Part shown: piece by piece, positions 48,737 to 57,412 of the stretch
How positions within the stretch are numbered: the first letter of the stretch is position 1
How the letters are laid out: the number at the start of each line of letters is the position of its first letter
Assembly: GCA_041690135.1 (NCBI GenBank)
Contig: JAWLHY010000002.1
Span: 976,342 to 1,040,341 of the forward strand
Reading direction: 5' to 3'
DNA length: 64,000 nt
Origin: Armatimonadota bacterium
GTDB taxonomy: Bacteria > Armatimonadota > SYMT01
The notes under the pieces: model-generated
Seen by the model: only the letters and a program-made list of their open reading frames with translations
The model's database searches: none
What the model was told of the DNA's origin: nothing
Made by a program: the position numbers and the translations under genes

Positions 48737-49130
48737 GCTGCCCGTCGCTCTCTTCCGCACCCTTTGGCACCAACGTTGACCTGCAAGCGTTACTCCGGCC
48801 TCCGGGGTTCCGGGTAACGCTTGCATTGTTCCGCTGATACCGCATAGCGCTGCGGCCACCCAGGCGGAGCGTACGTTCGCCTCCGCCCGCTGACGGCAAC
48901 CTGGCTCCCCACTCCCGGTGTCCGGGCCGCATCGCCATGTCCTGTTCTTGCTTGGCTCGCGTGCGCCTTACTTGTCCCCAGAGTCTAAATTTCATCTGAA
49001 TCCCGTGATGGATTTAGTCGAGACAAAATTCAATTCCAACTCCCTGTGACACCTGCGGTTCGGTGCGCTATACCTATGCCGTGCCTGCGCATCAGGCGTC
49101 CGTATCCTACCCCTATCAGGAGATTGGAGA

Positions 49131-49880
49131 ATGCGTGTTTCGGCGTCCCGCCGCGGCTTCACCTTGATCGAATTGCTCGTGGTGATAGCGATCATAGCCA
49201 TTCTGGCGGCCATCCTCTTTCCCGTGTTTGCCAAGGCACGGGAGGCGGCCCGGGCCACCAGTTGTCGCAGTAATCTCAAGCAGTTGGGCAATGCCCTGAT
49301 GATGTACGTGCAGGACTACGACGAGGCCTATCCGCTGCGGCGCTTCCAGCCGATCGTCGGCCCGCATTGGGACGACAACAGTTGGCGGACGGTGATTCAG
49401 CCCTACGTCAAGAACACCCAGGTGCTTGTCTGCTCCTCCAATCCGCACAAGCAGGCCCAGAGCTACGACCCCGAGTTCGGCATCTCTTACGCCTGCAACA
49501 CAAACTGGGCCGGTACCGACTATTCGGCGCCGGAGAAGGGGCTTTTCGGTAACGCCGTTCCCGTCAGCATGGCGGCGGTCGAGCGCCCCGCGGATCTGAT
49601 CGCAGTAGGGGAGCTCTACAACATTCCGTACGTGAGTCTCATCATCGACGTCGATACCGGAGCGGCCACCAGCCACACCGGGCAGCCCGTGACCTTTTAC
49701 GGAGAGGCGATTTTTGCCGGCCACAGCGGCCGGAGCAACTACCTGTTTGCGGACGGGCACGTCAAGGCGCTCAAACCCACCCAGACGGCACAGCCGGTGA
49801 ACCTTTGGTACATCGACCACTCGCCCCTATCCGCCACTGGCATGAATGTGCTTCGCACCGCGGAGTCCCGGTTCCCCTGA
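49131..49880 (+). CDS. Prepilin-type N-terminal cleavage / H-X9-DG (DUF1559-type) protein
   Basis: [64 protein letters not shown]. Confidence 0.93.
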   Translation: MRVSASRRGFTLIELLVVIAIIAILAAILFPVFAKAREAARATSCRSNLKQLGNALMMYVQDYDEAYPLRRFQPIVGPHWDDNSWRTVIQPYVKNTQVLVCSSNPHKQAQSYDPEFGISYACNTNWAGTDYSAPEKGLFGNAVPVSMAAVERPADLIAVGELYNIPYVSLIIDVDTGAATSHTGQPVTFYGEAIFAGHSGRSNYLFADGHVKALKPTQTAQPVNLWYIDHSPLSATGMNVLRTAESRFP

Positions 49881-50229
49881 TGTGGATAACGCCCTGGAAG
49901 GGAGCGCCTACGTGCAGGCGCCGTTGTACGTCTACGGCAGCTTCCATGCCCGCCACAACGGCAGCGGCTCCGTCCTCTGGGCGGACGGGCACGTCTCCAC
50001 GGAGCGTCCCAAGGTATTGCGCACCATCTACCCGGCGGGGAACCGCCCTGCCGATCGGGTCAAGAAGCTCACCCTCGGGGACGTAGACCGCGACGGCAAC
50101 CCGAGTACGGACGAACTGAAGAACCGTCTTCGTCACCAGCCACCCCTCCGGCAGGCGCACCCCGTGCTCCCCGCGCCCGCAGAGCCATCCGAGGGGCTTC
50201 CTGCGGAAGCGGGAGCTCCCGCTCGCTGA
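49881..50229 (+). pseudogene. Orphan C-terminal H-X9-DG fragment of a second DUF1559-type protein
   Basis: +1 frame relative to the upstream gene encodes FHARHNGSGSVLWADGHV...; no prepilin N-terminus. Confidence 0.7.
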
Positions 50230-50231
50230 GG

Positions 50232-51197
50232 CTACTCGCGGTACTGCAGGTACTGGTGTTCAAAAGTGCCGTCGTCGAACAGGTCGACGACGGCATAGCC
50301 CGCCTGGGTCTCCTGGTAGGGGCCCTTCCACCAGCCGCCCGAAACGGCGCCGTTGCAGAGGTAGGTGACGCCGTTATAATCGAGCCGGTCCCGCAGGTGG
50401 ATGTGCCCGCTCAGGCAGAGCCGCACGTTGGGATGCCGGACGAAGAGGTCCTTGATCCTCCGTGCGTCGGTGTGCATCCAGGCTCCCGGCACCACCCAAT
50501 TCCCTGACTTCTCGTTCTCCCCATCCAGGAAGGCGCACCCGCAGAGGATGGGGATGTGGGAGAGCACCAGCACCGGGGTAGTGGCGGGAATGCGGCGCAG
50601 CTCCGCGGCGAACCAGTCGAACTGCGCCTCATCCAGGCGCGCGGTATAGACGCCACCCTCCACCGCGTGGGTGCTGTCCAGCACGAAAAGCCGCCAGCCC
50701 TGAAGATCGAGGCTGTAGAACCGCTCCTGGAGTCCCAGCCGCTCCATGGCGGCCCGCTTCCCGAAGAGCGGCTCGTTCCCGGTGGTGCCGCTCTTCTTCC
50801 GGTCCCAGCCCCACACGTCGTGGTTGCCCAGGCAATGGACTATCCGGAGCTTGCAGTCCTCCCGCAACACCCGGTCCCAGAGATCCCACTGTTGCTTCGC
50901 GCGAGCCCAGTCCGTGCCCAGCGTGTCCATCACCATGTCGCCGCCGTTCAGGATCAGGTCCGGGCGGTCGGCCAGCCCATGCACGTGCTGGAGACAGGCC
51001 GCCATCCCCGCCGCGGCCTCCCGCTCCGGTTGCACGTGAATATCCGTCAGGTGCGCCAGCCGGACAACGCGGCGGCGGGCCCGCTTTTCGGACGTGGTCG
51101 CTTCCGCCGCCTCGCCGCTGTGCACCGGCAAGCTGGCTGTCGCCCCGGCCACCATCCCGGAGAGCACCGCTCGCCGGCTCCAACCCTGCGCTTCCAT
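50232..51197 (-). CDS. Tat-exported calcineurin-like metallophosphoesterase
   Basis: SRRAVL; TDIH, GGD, GNHD, SHIP, SGHIH. Confidence 0.92.
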   Translation of the reverse strand: MEAQGWSRRAVLSGMVAGATASLPVHSGEAAEATTSEKRARRRVVRLAHLTDIHVQPEREAAAGMAACLQHVHGLADRPDLILNGGDMVMDTLGTDWARAKQQWDLWDRVLREDCKLRIVHCLGNHDVWGWDRKKSGTTGNEPLFGKRAAMERLGLQERFYSLDLQGWRLFVLDSTHAVEGGVYTARLDEAQFDWFAAELRRIPATTPVLVLSHIPILCGCAFLDGENEKSGNWVVPGAWMHTDARRIKDLFVRHPNVRLCLSGHIHLRDRLDYNGVTYLCNGAVSGGWWKGPYQETQAGYAVVDLFDDGTFEHQYLQYRE

Positions 51198-51844
51198 GAA
51201 CGATCCTCCACTACAGCCAGCCAGTCAGTAGCCCCGGCTATGCCCCGCCACACCGTTCCCCACGTCTCGCCAACCCCACCAACCCCTGCATCCCTTCCCT
51301 GGCGCTCAGCAGCCCTCATCCCGAGCTGCGTACCAATCCTCATCCTGCACCCAGTGGGAGTCCGGGCGCCAGTCCGGAAACCTCGCGACCTTGCCCCCGC
51401 CTCCCGCCCGGCCAACCCACCATCCGTTCTGGTCATTAGTGTGGACTCGCCGATTGCATCGGCGACTGGCGACCTTGTCCCAGCTTCCCGTACCGCCAAC
51501 CCCACCAACCCTTGGGTCACTTCCTTCGCGCTCACCGCCTCAGGATCGCTTGCTGCTTACCAATCCCCACCTCCCGTCCTGCTCCCCGGGTCCCTGTTAG
51601 GTGTCGCCACCGCGGGTCACCTTCACAAAGCCATCACCCTTCGACAACGGGCGCGAGTCCCCACGTCCGAGATAGAGGAACGGGCGCGGCGCAGGTGAAA
51701 TCCGGCGAGCCCCGCGCCCCCGCTGACTTGAGCGCGTGCCCCTGCGTAGAATAGCACGGAGGCAGGTCGCGGATGCGGGACATCACCCTGCCGGCAATCC
51801 GGTCGCACCGCCCTTCTGCCTGCCGCCAACCCGTAGTATTGCTC

Positions 51845-52978
51845 ATGGAATCTTCGATCCCGTCCTCTCGCGACACCGCGTCCTCCGACGCTCCCTCCCG
51901 CCCGGGAGCCCGGCGCTGGCTGGTGCTGGCGCTGGTGAGCTTTCTGGTCCCGTTGATCGCCATCGGTGGCTTCCTGGTGGTCTACGAGTTGCAGCAGCCG
52001 GCCTGGAAACGGCACAAGCCCGCGCCGGAGTTCGCCCTCCAGGACCAATCCGCCCGGACCCATCGGCTTTCCGACTACCTCGGGCGCGCCGTTGTGCTCG
52101 CCTTCTTTCCCGGTGACGACGAAAAGAGCGTGACGGCGCTCCGATCCCTGCGCTCCGCCGCCCGCGAGCTGGACATGCACGGTGTGAAGGTCTTCGCCGT
52201 GAGCTCGCAGCAGGCCGGCCCCGCCGGCGAGCTCTACCGGCGCGAGCAGTTGACTTTCCCCGTGCTGGCCGATGCGAATGGGATGGTCGCGCGGGCCTAC
52301 GGGGTCACCAGTGATGAGGGCCGGGCGGGCCTGGCGACGGTGATTGTGACCCCCAGCGGCACCATCGGCTACACGCTGCGGAACGTCGACCCGAAGGCGC
52401 ACGCGGACCAGGTGCTTCCGCTGGTGCAGTGCTGCATGGACGAGTTCGCACCCCGTGGCTCGAAAGCCCTGGGACAGCCCCTGCCGAACTTCTCCCTTCC
52501 CAACGTGGTCACCGGGGCCCAGGAAACGCTGTTCGGCACGGAATCCCCCCGCGCTACGGTAGTGGTCTTCCTTTCGGCCGAGTGCCCCTGCTCGCAGGGT
52601 TACGACGCCCGGCTGCGGAGCCTCGCCGACACGTATGGGTCCCGCGGTGTCCGGTTCGTGGCCGTGAATGCCTGCCACGGCGAGACGCTCGACGAAGCGC
52701 GGCAGCACGCACGCCGGGCCGGTTTCCCTTTCCCCGTTTTCCGCGACGCGACCCAAACGGTGGCCGGCCGCCTGGGCGCGCGCGTCACTCCGGAGGTGTT
52801 CGTGGCGGATCGCCAGGGAGTGGTCCGGTACCATGGCCGCATCGACGACAGCCGCGACCCGGAAGGGGTCCAGAGCCGGGATCTCCAGGCCACCCTCGAC
52901 GCACTTCTCCAGGGCCAGGACCCGCCCCAGGCCGAGACCCGCGCCTTCGGTTGCGCGATTCCCCGGCCCGCCAGTTAA
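51845..52978 (+). CDS. Membrane-anchored tandem redoxin (AhpC/TSA plus thioredoxin-like) protein
   Basis: TM anchor; APEFALQDQ..LSDY first domain; second domain ECPC, TPEVFV, YHGRIDD, FGCAI. Confidence 0.82.
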   Translation: MESSIPSSRDTASSDAPSRPGARRWLVLALVSFLVPLIAIGGFLVVYELQQPAWKRHKPAPEFALQDQSARTHRLSDYLGRAVVLAFFPGDDEKSVTALRSLRSAARELDMHGVKVFAVSSQQAGPAGELYRREQLTFPVLADANGMVARAYGVTSDEGRAGLATVIVTPSGTIGYTLRNVDPKAHADQVLPLVQCCMDEFAPRGSKALGQPLPNFSLPNVVTGAQETLFGTESPRATVVVFLSAECPCSQGYDARLRSLADTYGSRGVRFVAVNACHGETLDEARQHARRAGFPFPVFRDATQTVAGRLGARVTPEVFVADRQGVVRYHGRIDDSRDPEGVQSRDLQATLDALLQGQDPPQAETRAFGCAIPRPAS

Positions 52979-53079
52979 CGAGCTAAAAACCCCTCAGAAG
53001 GGACCCGGAACTTCCGGCGAAGTAATGCCATATTACTTCAATAGAGTGTCGTTGCAGTTCAGGGAGTAGTGGAACGTTC

Positions 53080-53556
53080 ATGGATCTTGGTCCGGGAGGT
53101 GTGCGGGGTGGCGGGTCGGACTATTTGCTGGAAGCGTGGAGGCGTCCACACGGATCCGGAAAGGTTGTCGTGGACGGCCGGCTCCCGCGGTTGGTCCGCC
53201 GTTGGGGCCGGCTTCGGCGCCTGGACGACACGGAGGCCGCGGCGGCCCTCCGAGATTGGGTAGAGTTGCTGGACGTGGGCCGTCGGGTGACCCTCCAGCG
53301 CATCAACCCGGGTCAGGTGACCGGCCCCACGGGTCGGAGGGGCTGTTCGCTGGTGGGCGTGGTGGCGGATCTCGAGGGGGCCAGGATCCTCCACACCCGT
53401 AAGTTGACCAGCGAAGACCTGGTCCACGAGCTACTCCATCTCGCGCACCCGGAATGGAGCGAGACGCAGGTGGTCCTGGAAACGGCGCGGATCCTGGGTA
53501 TCCGGCCGTGCCCCCACAATGTGCACTCCCCGGTGTGCTCGCACCATCGGCACTAG
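53080..53556 (+). CDS. Hypothetical protein with HExxH motif
   Basis: DLVHELLHLAHP; SD-like GGGAG upstream. Confidence 0.55.
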   Translation: MDLGPGGVRGGGSDYLLEAWRRPHGSGKVVVDGRLPRLVRRWGRLRRLDDTEAAAALRDWVELLDVGRRVTLQRINPGQVTGPTGRRGCSLVGVVADLEGARILHTRKLTSEDLVHELLHLAHPEWSETQVVLETARILGIRPCPHNVHSPVCSHHRH

Positions 53557-53850
53557 GCTCGCGGGGGCCGTAACCCCGGAAACCGGTGCTCATCCGGAAT
53601 GGGCGAGTTCCATCTTCCGGTCAGAGAGCCGGTTGTTCCCGGCGTCCCCACCGATCCCATTCGAAACTCCGGCGCACAAGAATAGGAGAACGGAAGGCGA
53701 GTAGGGGAGGCGTCGCGTCCCTCTCCCGCCTTTCGTTCTCCCGTTCAGCCGGTGTGCACCTCGATGCACCCACCGAATGCCCGTTTGTTCCCCGGCGTGT
53801 TCCGCGCGTGTTGGCTGCCGGGAACCTCTGGGCGGGCCCCAAATGGGCTC

Positions 53851-54045
53851 TTAGCCCTCCGGGACGTTCAGGGTGTCGTAGGTCGCCTTGCTGATGAACT
53901 TGGTCAGGTTGGTGCCGTCCACTTCGGCCCGCACCGCATACCGCGGATTGCCGTTGCCCTGCGGGGTGTAGACAACCTTCTTGACCTGGCTCTCGTCCAC
54001 GCTGACCTTCTGGCGGGTCTTGACGTTATAAAACTCGATAGCCAC
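53851..54045 (-). CDS. Small basic hypothetical protein (64 aa)
   Basis: GTG 54045 with AAAGGAG SD; strong GC3 codon usage; MAIEFYNVKTRQKV... Confidence 0.8.
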   Translation of the reverse strand: MAIEFYNVKTRQKVSVDESQVKKVVYTPQGNGNPRYAVRAEVDGTNLTKFISKATYDTLNVPEG

Positions 54046-54433
54046 GTATGATCTCCTTTCGCCGTGCGACCTGAGGCCGAACGGCACCTACTTCCTAGAG
54101 TCAGGGGTCCTGGACCGCGCGCTTCCGGGGCTACCGTGCGCCTTCGTGCTTCCCTGCCTGGAACCATCTTCGGCTAGCGCGCACTGATTCCGCATACTTC
54201 CAGGCGAGGATCGGTGCCTACCGGTAGTCCTTTCCCGGCCAATTCGGTGATCGGCCGGAAGCCGAGGCTCCTGCCGATGAAACAATACTGCATTATGGTG
54301 GGCGGTTCCTGCCTGGACTGGCGGGAATGGGCGGGCCGGAGGGGACAGAGCTTGCGAAGATGAATTCGTCCCTGGAGCCCGGACGGCGCGGTGGTTCAGT
54401 GTCGGCCGTCCTGGCCCACGGGAGGAACTGCGC

Positions 54434-55195
54434 ATGCGACGATTTGCGGATCAGGTAGCAGTGGTGACCGGCGGTGGGGCCGGCATTGGCCTGGCCACGG
54501 CGCGCCGGCTGGGTGCGGAAGGCGCGCGGGTGGTGGTGCTGGACTGGACCGCCGCGGATCTCGACCGCGCGGCGGCGCTGCTTACCGAGGACGGCACGGA
54601 TTTCCGCTGCGTCCGCGGCGACGTATCATCCACCGCCGACTGCGAAGCGGCCGTCCGGGAGGCCCTCGACGCCTGGGGTCGCCTCGACGTACTGGTCGCC
54701 AACGCTGGGGTGCGCCATTTCGGCTCCCTCCTCGACGCCACGGAGGAAGACTGGCAGCGGGTCCTCTCCGTCAATCTGCGGGGCACCGCCAACGCCTGCA
54801 TCGCCGCCGCCCGGGAGATGCAGCGCCGCGACACTCCGGGCGCCCTGGTCCTCGTCTCCTCCGTCCACGCGGAAGTCGCGCGCGCCCACATGCCGATCTA
54901 CGACGCCACCAAGGCCGCTATCGTCAGCCTCACCCGCTCCCTCGCCGTAGACCTCGCCCCCCGGATTCGCGTGAACTGCGTCTCCCCCGGCTTCACCGTC
55001 ACCGACTTCCACGTCCGCCGCGCCGCCGCCGAAAACCGCACCGAGGCCGACCTCCTCGCCACCCCCTCCGGCCTTCTCCAGCGCGCCGCCCAGCCCTCCG
55101 AACTCGCCGCCGCTATCGCCTTCCTCGCCTCCGCCGACGCCTCCTACATCACCGCCACCAACCTCCTCGTCGACGCCGGCGTCCACGCCATCTGA
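54434..55195 (+). CDS. SDR family oxidoreductase
   Basis: TGGGAGIG, ANAG, YDATK, NCVSPG. Confidence 0.93.
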   Translation: MRRFADQVAVVTGGGAGIGLATARRLGAEGARVVVLDWTAADLDRAAALLTEDGTDFRCVRGDVSSTADCEAAVREALDAWGRLDVLVANAGVRHFGSLLDATEEDWQRVLSVNLRGTANACIAAAREMQRRDTPGALVLVSSVHAEVARAHMPIYDATKAAIVSLTRSLAVDLAPRIRVNCVSPGFTVTDFHVRRAAAENRTEADLLATPSGLLQRAAQPSELAAAIAFLASADASYITATNLLVDAGVHAI

Positions 55196-55260
55196 ACCGG
55201 TCCACGCCAGCTACGGGGACGCAACTCTGGAGGGGCGCGCCGCTTTGGTGCGAGGGGATT

Positions 55261-55320
55261 CCCCCTTCTCTGCGTCGGAGAAGGGCCGGGTACCCACGAA
55301 GTGGGTGGCGGGGGATGAGG
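55261..55320. repeat. REP-like palindrome (CCCCTTCTC...GAGAAGGG...GGGGGATGAGG type)
   Basis: CCCTTCTC/GAGAAGGG stem, inner ACCCAC-gaa-GTGGGT hairpin, GGGGGATGAGG end. Confidence 0.5.
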
Positions 55321-55593
55321 TCGTCCGGATCAACGGCAGCCTGCTTTGCCACAGCACCCACGAGTTGTTCTTACTCAGGAGGTACGCAGCCCCGAACGAT
55401 GGTTCCGGAAGCAACTCCATTCTAACCGCTCGGACGGCAGCCGTCCTTTCCACTACACGGGCGCTCGCCATCTGGCCGCGCCTGGAAGAGGTAGGTCTGA
55501 CGCATCACGCTGACCCCTGCAGACACGAAAAAAATAGCGCCACGAAAAGTGGCGCCAATGACTGCGGGGCTTGGGTTAGTTGACAGCCGCTGT

Positions 55594-55613
55594 TACACTC
55601 AAACTGGAGTAAA
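55594..55613. promoter_or_regulatory. Putative PadR operator 1
   Basis: TACACTCAAACTGGAGTAAA matches the reverse complement of the site at 56335-56354 (TATATTCAAACTGGAATATA). Confidence 0.6.
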
Positions 55614-55763
55614 ACGAGCGATTGCCGCCCTGCCGGCACCCGGTTTATGGCGCACCCCACAACCCGTCCGCCGGGATTCGCCGGCTATGAGAATCGCCCT
55701 TGAAACGAACCACGGCTTTCGCGGCGGAGCCCGGAGCAAGACCGTGGCGTACCGGAGGAACTG

Positions 55764-56324
55764 ATGTCGGTCCGTCTCTTCGTCTTGGGTATTCTCGCGG
55801 AACGGGACGCACACGGCTATGAGATCAAGGAGATCGGCCGTGCCTGGAAGCTGGACAAGTGGGCCGATGTGGGCTTTGGGTCCATCTACCACGCGCTCGC
55901 CAGGCTGCAGGAAGAGGGGTTGATCCGGGAACTCCGCACCGAACAGGAGGGAGACCGGCCTCCCCGCTCCGTCTATCGGATCACTCCTGCCGGGCGGGAG
56001 ACATTTCGCGAACTCGTGCGCGAAACTTGCCGTTCCGTGCAGCCGGAGCGGCGGGCCATTGACCTGGCGCTGCAGTTCCTCGCATACCTGCCGGCTGAAG
56101 AGCGGATTGCGTTACTCCAACAGCGCCTTGCTGCGTTGGAGCAGCGCCTCCGCGCAGCACCCGCAAGGCGGGAAGAGTTGAAGTTTCTGGAGATCAGCGC
56201 TCCGTGGGTGGGTGCGGCGCTGGAGCACCACCTGGCGCACCTGGAACTGGAAGTCCGCTGGACGCGGGAACTCCTCCAGCAGGTAGGGCAGTGGCCGGCG
56301 CGGGAATGTCAAAATGAGCCGTAA
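55764..56324 (+). CDS. PadR family transcriptional regulator
   Basis: LGIL...HGYEI, GSIYHAL.RL...GLI, VY.IT..G. Confidence 0.93.
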   Translation: MSVRLFVLGILAERDAHGYEIKEIGRAWKLDKWADVGFGSIYHALARLQEEGLIRELRTEQEGDRPPRSVYRITPAGRETFRELVRETCRSVQPERRAIDLALQFLAYLPAEERIALLQQRLAALEQRLRAAPARREELKFLEISAPWVGAALEHHLAHLELEVRWTRELLQQVGQWPARECQNEP

Positions 56325-56333
56325 CCGTTCGAA

Positions 56334-56355
56334 GTATATTCCAGTTTGAATATAC
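56334..56355. promoter_or_regulatory. Putative PadR operator 2
   Basis: Palindrome GTATATTC-cagttt-GAATATAC upstream of the CPBP gene. Confidence 0.65.
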
Positions 56356-56402
56356 AAGCCGGACCAATCGACGCACCGGCCCGGTGGCAAAGGAGGCGGA
56401 GA

Positions 56403-57086
56403 ATGGATAACGGTAAGCGGCTCGGGTTCCCTGGATGGCAGGTCTGGCTGGTTCTGGTCGGGTTTCCGGCGCTCTATCTGCTCAACAGTTTCACTCCCTG
56501 GTCTGTCGGCTTGTTCGGCCGCCAGGACCGTTCCTATTGGCTGCCGTTCATGACTTCTGTGCTGGTGCTCCACTGGGCCAGTGCCCTGGCGGTGTTCATC
56601 CTGGTACGGAAGGGCGGCGGCGCCCTCTCCGATCTGGGCCTCCGGATCTCGCCGTCCCGGGGTGCCCTGGGGCTGCTCCTGGTAATCCTCTGGAGCGCGG
56701 GTATGGTCTTCGCGCGTCACACCATGCCCCCAGCCTCCGGCTCGACGGCCCAGTATCCGTCCTGGCTGCAACTCTTCTATCCCCACACGCTTTCAGAGCG
56801 CTGTTTCTGGGTGGTTCTCTCGCTCAGCGCCGGCTTCTGTGAAGAGTTGGTCTATCGCGGCTATGCCATAACCGCGCTCCGACAGCGGGGTTTCCGCCTC
56901 TGGCCGGCGCTCGCTCTGGCGAGCACGTCGTTCGTGTTCGTCCATGGGTTTGCGGGGCTCTTCGCGTTCCCGATCTATTTCCTCAGCGGTCTGTTCTTTG
57001 CCTGGCTCTTCCTGTGGAGAAAGAGCCTCGTACCAGGAATGACGGTCCACGCCCTCTTCGACGTCAATGCCGTGTTCGCCGTGTGA
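56403..57086 (+). CDS. CPBP (CAAX/Abi) intramembrane glutamic endopeptidase
   Basis: AAGGAGG SD; EELVYRGY, FVFVH, HALFD motifs. Confidence 0.9.
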   Translation: MDNGKRLGFPGWQVWLVLVGFPALYLLNSFTPWSVGLFGRQDRSYWLPFMTSVLVLHWASALAVFILVRKGGGALSDLGLRISPSRGALGLLLVILWSAGMVFARHTMPPASGSTAQYPSWLQLFYPHTLSERCFWVVLSLSAGFCEELVYRGYAITALRQRGFRLWPALALASTSFVFVHGFAGLFAFPIYFLSGLFFAWLFLWRKSLVPGMTVHALFDVNAVFAV

Positions 57087-57340
57087 GGCCGATCCGCTAG
57101 GAATGGATACCAGTAGGCCGCCCTCCGCCTGTTGCCGGCCGGAGTGCCTGGCCCGAACAGGAACCGTGAGATTCGGGGACATGCGCCTTTCCCCTCCACC
57201 CTCCCGTCCCGCCCCGCACCCCCGGAGCGTCAGTCAGGAAGAAGGCAGAAGCGTGTGCTCCCTCCAGCCAAACGAGCCACGCTTCGGCCGCAGCCCTCCT
57301 TATCCTCATCATAATCTTTGTCCTAATCCGCGCAGCACAC

Positions 57341-57373
57341 TGCCGGGTTCTGTCAGGGTGACCCTGCTACCAT
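57341..57373 (+). promoter_or_regulatory. Candidate WYL-regulated promoter
   Basis: TGCCG-N5-TGTCA half-palindrome, then TGTCAG-N11-TACCAT with an extended TG. Confidence 0.45.
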
Positions 57374-57412
57374 TCTTCCCAGAGGAACCTTCCGACCCCG
57401 AGGGAACGACCC

